Origin: Algibacter sp.
GTDB taxonomy: Bacteria > Bacteroidota > Bacteroidia > Flavobacteriales > Flavobacteriaceae
Assembly: GCA_050294475.1 (NCBI GenBank)
Contig: JBNKOE010000005.1
Span: 11,176 to 75,175, forward strand
Length of the DNA: 64,000 bases
Reading direction: 5' to 3'
Part shown: positions 63,450-64,000 of the stretch, one piece after another
Layout: each line of letters opens with the position of its first letter
Position numbering within the stretch: position 1 is the stretch's first letter
Notes under the pieces: generated by a model
The model's input: the letters and a program-made list of their open reading frames with translations, nothing else
Database searches by the model: none
What the model was told of the DNA's origin: nothing
Translations under genes and position numbers: made by a program

Positions 63450-63740
63450 AATCACAAAGAATACTGTCCCAACAAATATCTATTTGAAGGACAAAAAGGA
63501 AACAAATATAGTGTTACAAGTGTTTTAAATATTATTTCTACAGCAGCTAAAAAAGCTGGAATTTATAAAAAAGTAACACCACACATGCTAAGGCATAGTT
63601 TTGCGACACACCTATTAGAAAACGGAACAGATATTAGGCATATACAAATATTACTAGGACATAGTTCTACTAAAACGACAGAAATTTACACACATGTAGC
63701 AAATAAATCGTTTATGGAAATAAAAGATTTACTATCTTAG
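63450..63740 (+). pseudogene. 5'-truncated tyrosine recombinase (integron-like integrase)
   Basis: Manual translation [19 protein letters not shown]...[42 protein letters not shown]; in-frame TAA at 63447; absent from the ORF track. Confidence 0.9.
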
Positions 63741-63752
63741 TTTTTTATAATG

Positions 63753-63793
63753 TGGATATAGACAATTGTCTATATCCAATTGTTGCCAGTAAT
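63753..63793 (+). other. Candidate attI-like recombination site
   Basis: Perfect 26-bp palindrome TGGATATAGACAATTGTCTATATCCA, then ATTG|TTGCCAGTAAT; G at 63782, 42 nt after the integrase stop. Confidence 0.65.
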
Positions 63794-63807
63794 GTAAACC
63801 AATCTTC

Positions 63808-64000
63808 ATGCTGAAAGGATTATTTAAGAAAAAAACACCTGTAGAAAAGTTTATGGCTCATTTGGATAGAATTTTCCAAACCGAACCTGAATATTACAAA
63901 GAAGAATCAGAAACGGATGGAATTGCTGGAGTTACAAGCATAGTTTATAAAGATATTCCTGAAAAAGGAATGATAACTGGAATTACATACGGACTTTCAC
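63808..64000 (+). CDS. First-cassette ORF, partial; SUFU-like (suppressor-of-fused domain) protein possible
   Basis: MLKGLFKKKTPVEKFMAHLDRIF...YKDIPEKGMITGITYGLS runs off the window; the TYGLS motif suggests SUFU. Confidence 0.55.
   Translation, partial: MLKGLFKKKTPVEKFMAHLDRIFQTEPEYYKEESETDGIAGVTSIVYKDIPEKGMITGITYGLS

Noticed and set aside
63450-63793. Canonical class 1-3 integron (intI/attI/Pc)
   Set aside because: The IntI-specific insertion is absent and the gene orientation and site structure differ, so no intI symbol was assigned.

Overview
AT-rich Flavobacteriaceae-type (Bacteroidota) chromosomal window, judged from gene content and TAnnTTTG promoter elements. It is mostly housekeeping (rnhB, ppk2, lipB, lysS, hemL, alaS, der, era, nagB) plus a hexuronate cluster (uxaA, uxaB, TRAP transporter, uxaC) and an OprC-like copper TonB-dependent receptor. 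I found no rRNA, tRNA or CRISPR. The main signal is a non-canonical integron-like gene-cassette system seen at three loci, all on the + strand. (1) A solo cassette at 8661-9293, whose 5' end (G|TTGTAACAC) is the exact reverse complement of the core just after its stop codon (GTGTTACAAC). (2) A decaying array of about 5 cassettes at 37947-43114, with single ORFs separated by ~130-140 bp attC-like imperfect hairpins. (3) A 5'-truncated tyrosine recombinase at 63450-63740 that lacks the IntI-specific insertion. It is followed by a perfect 26-bp palindrome, a G|TT core and a first cassette ORF that runs off the window. Separately, a 316-bp duplication of the ppk2 3' end brackets a 2.2-kb island remnant carrying an AbiE-type toxin-antitoxin pair and a broken GHKL ATPase. 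All family assignments come from motif recognition by eye; no database search was run.
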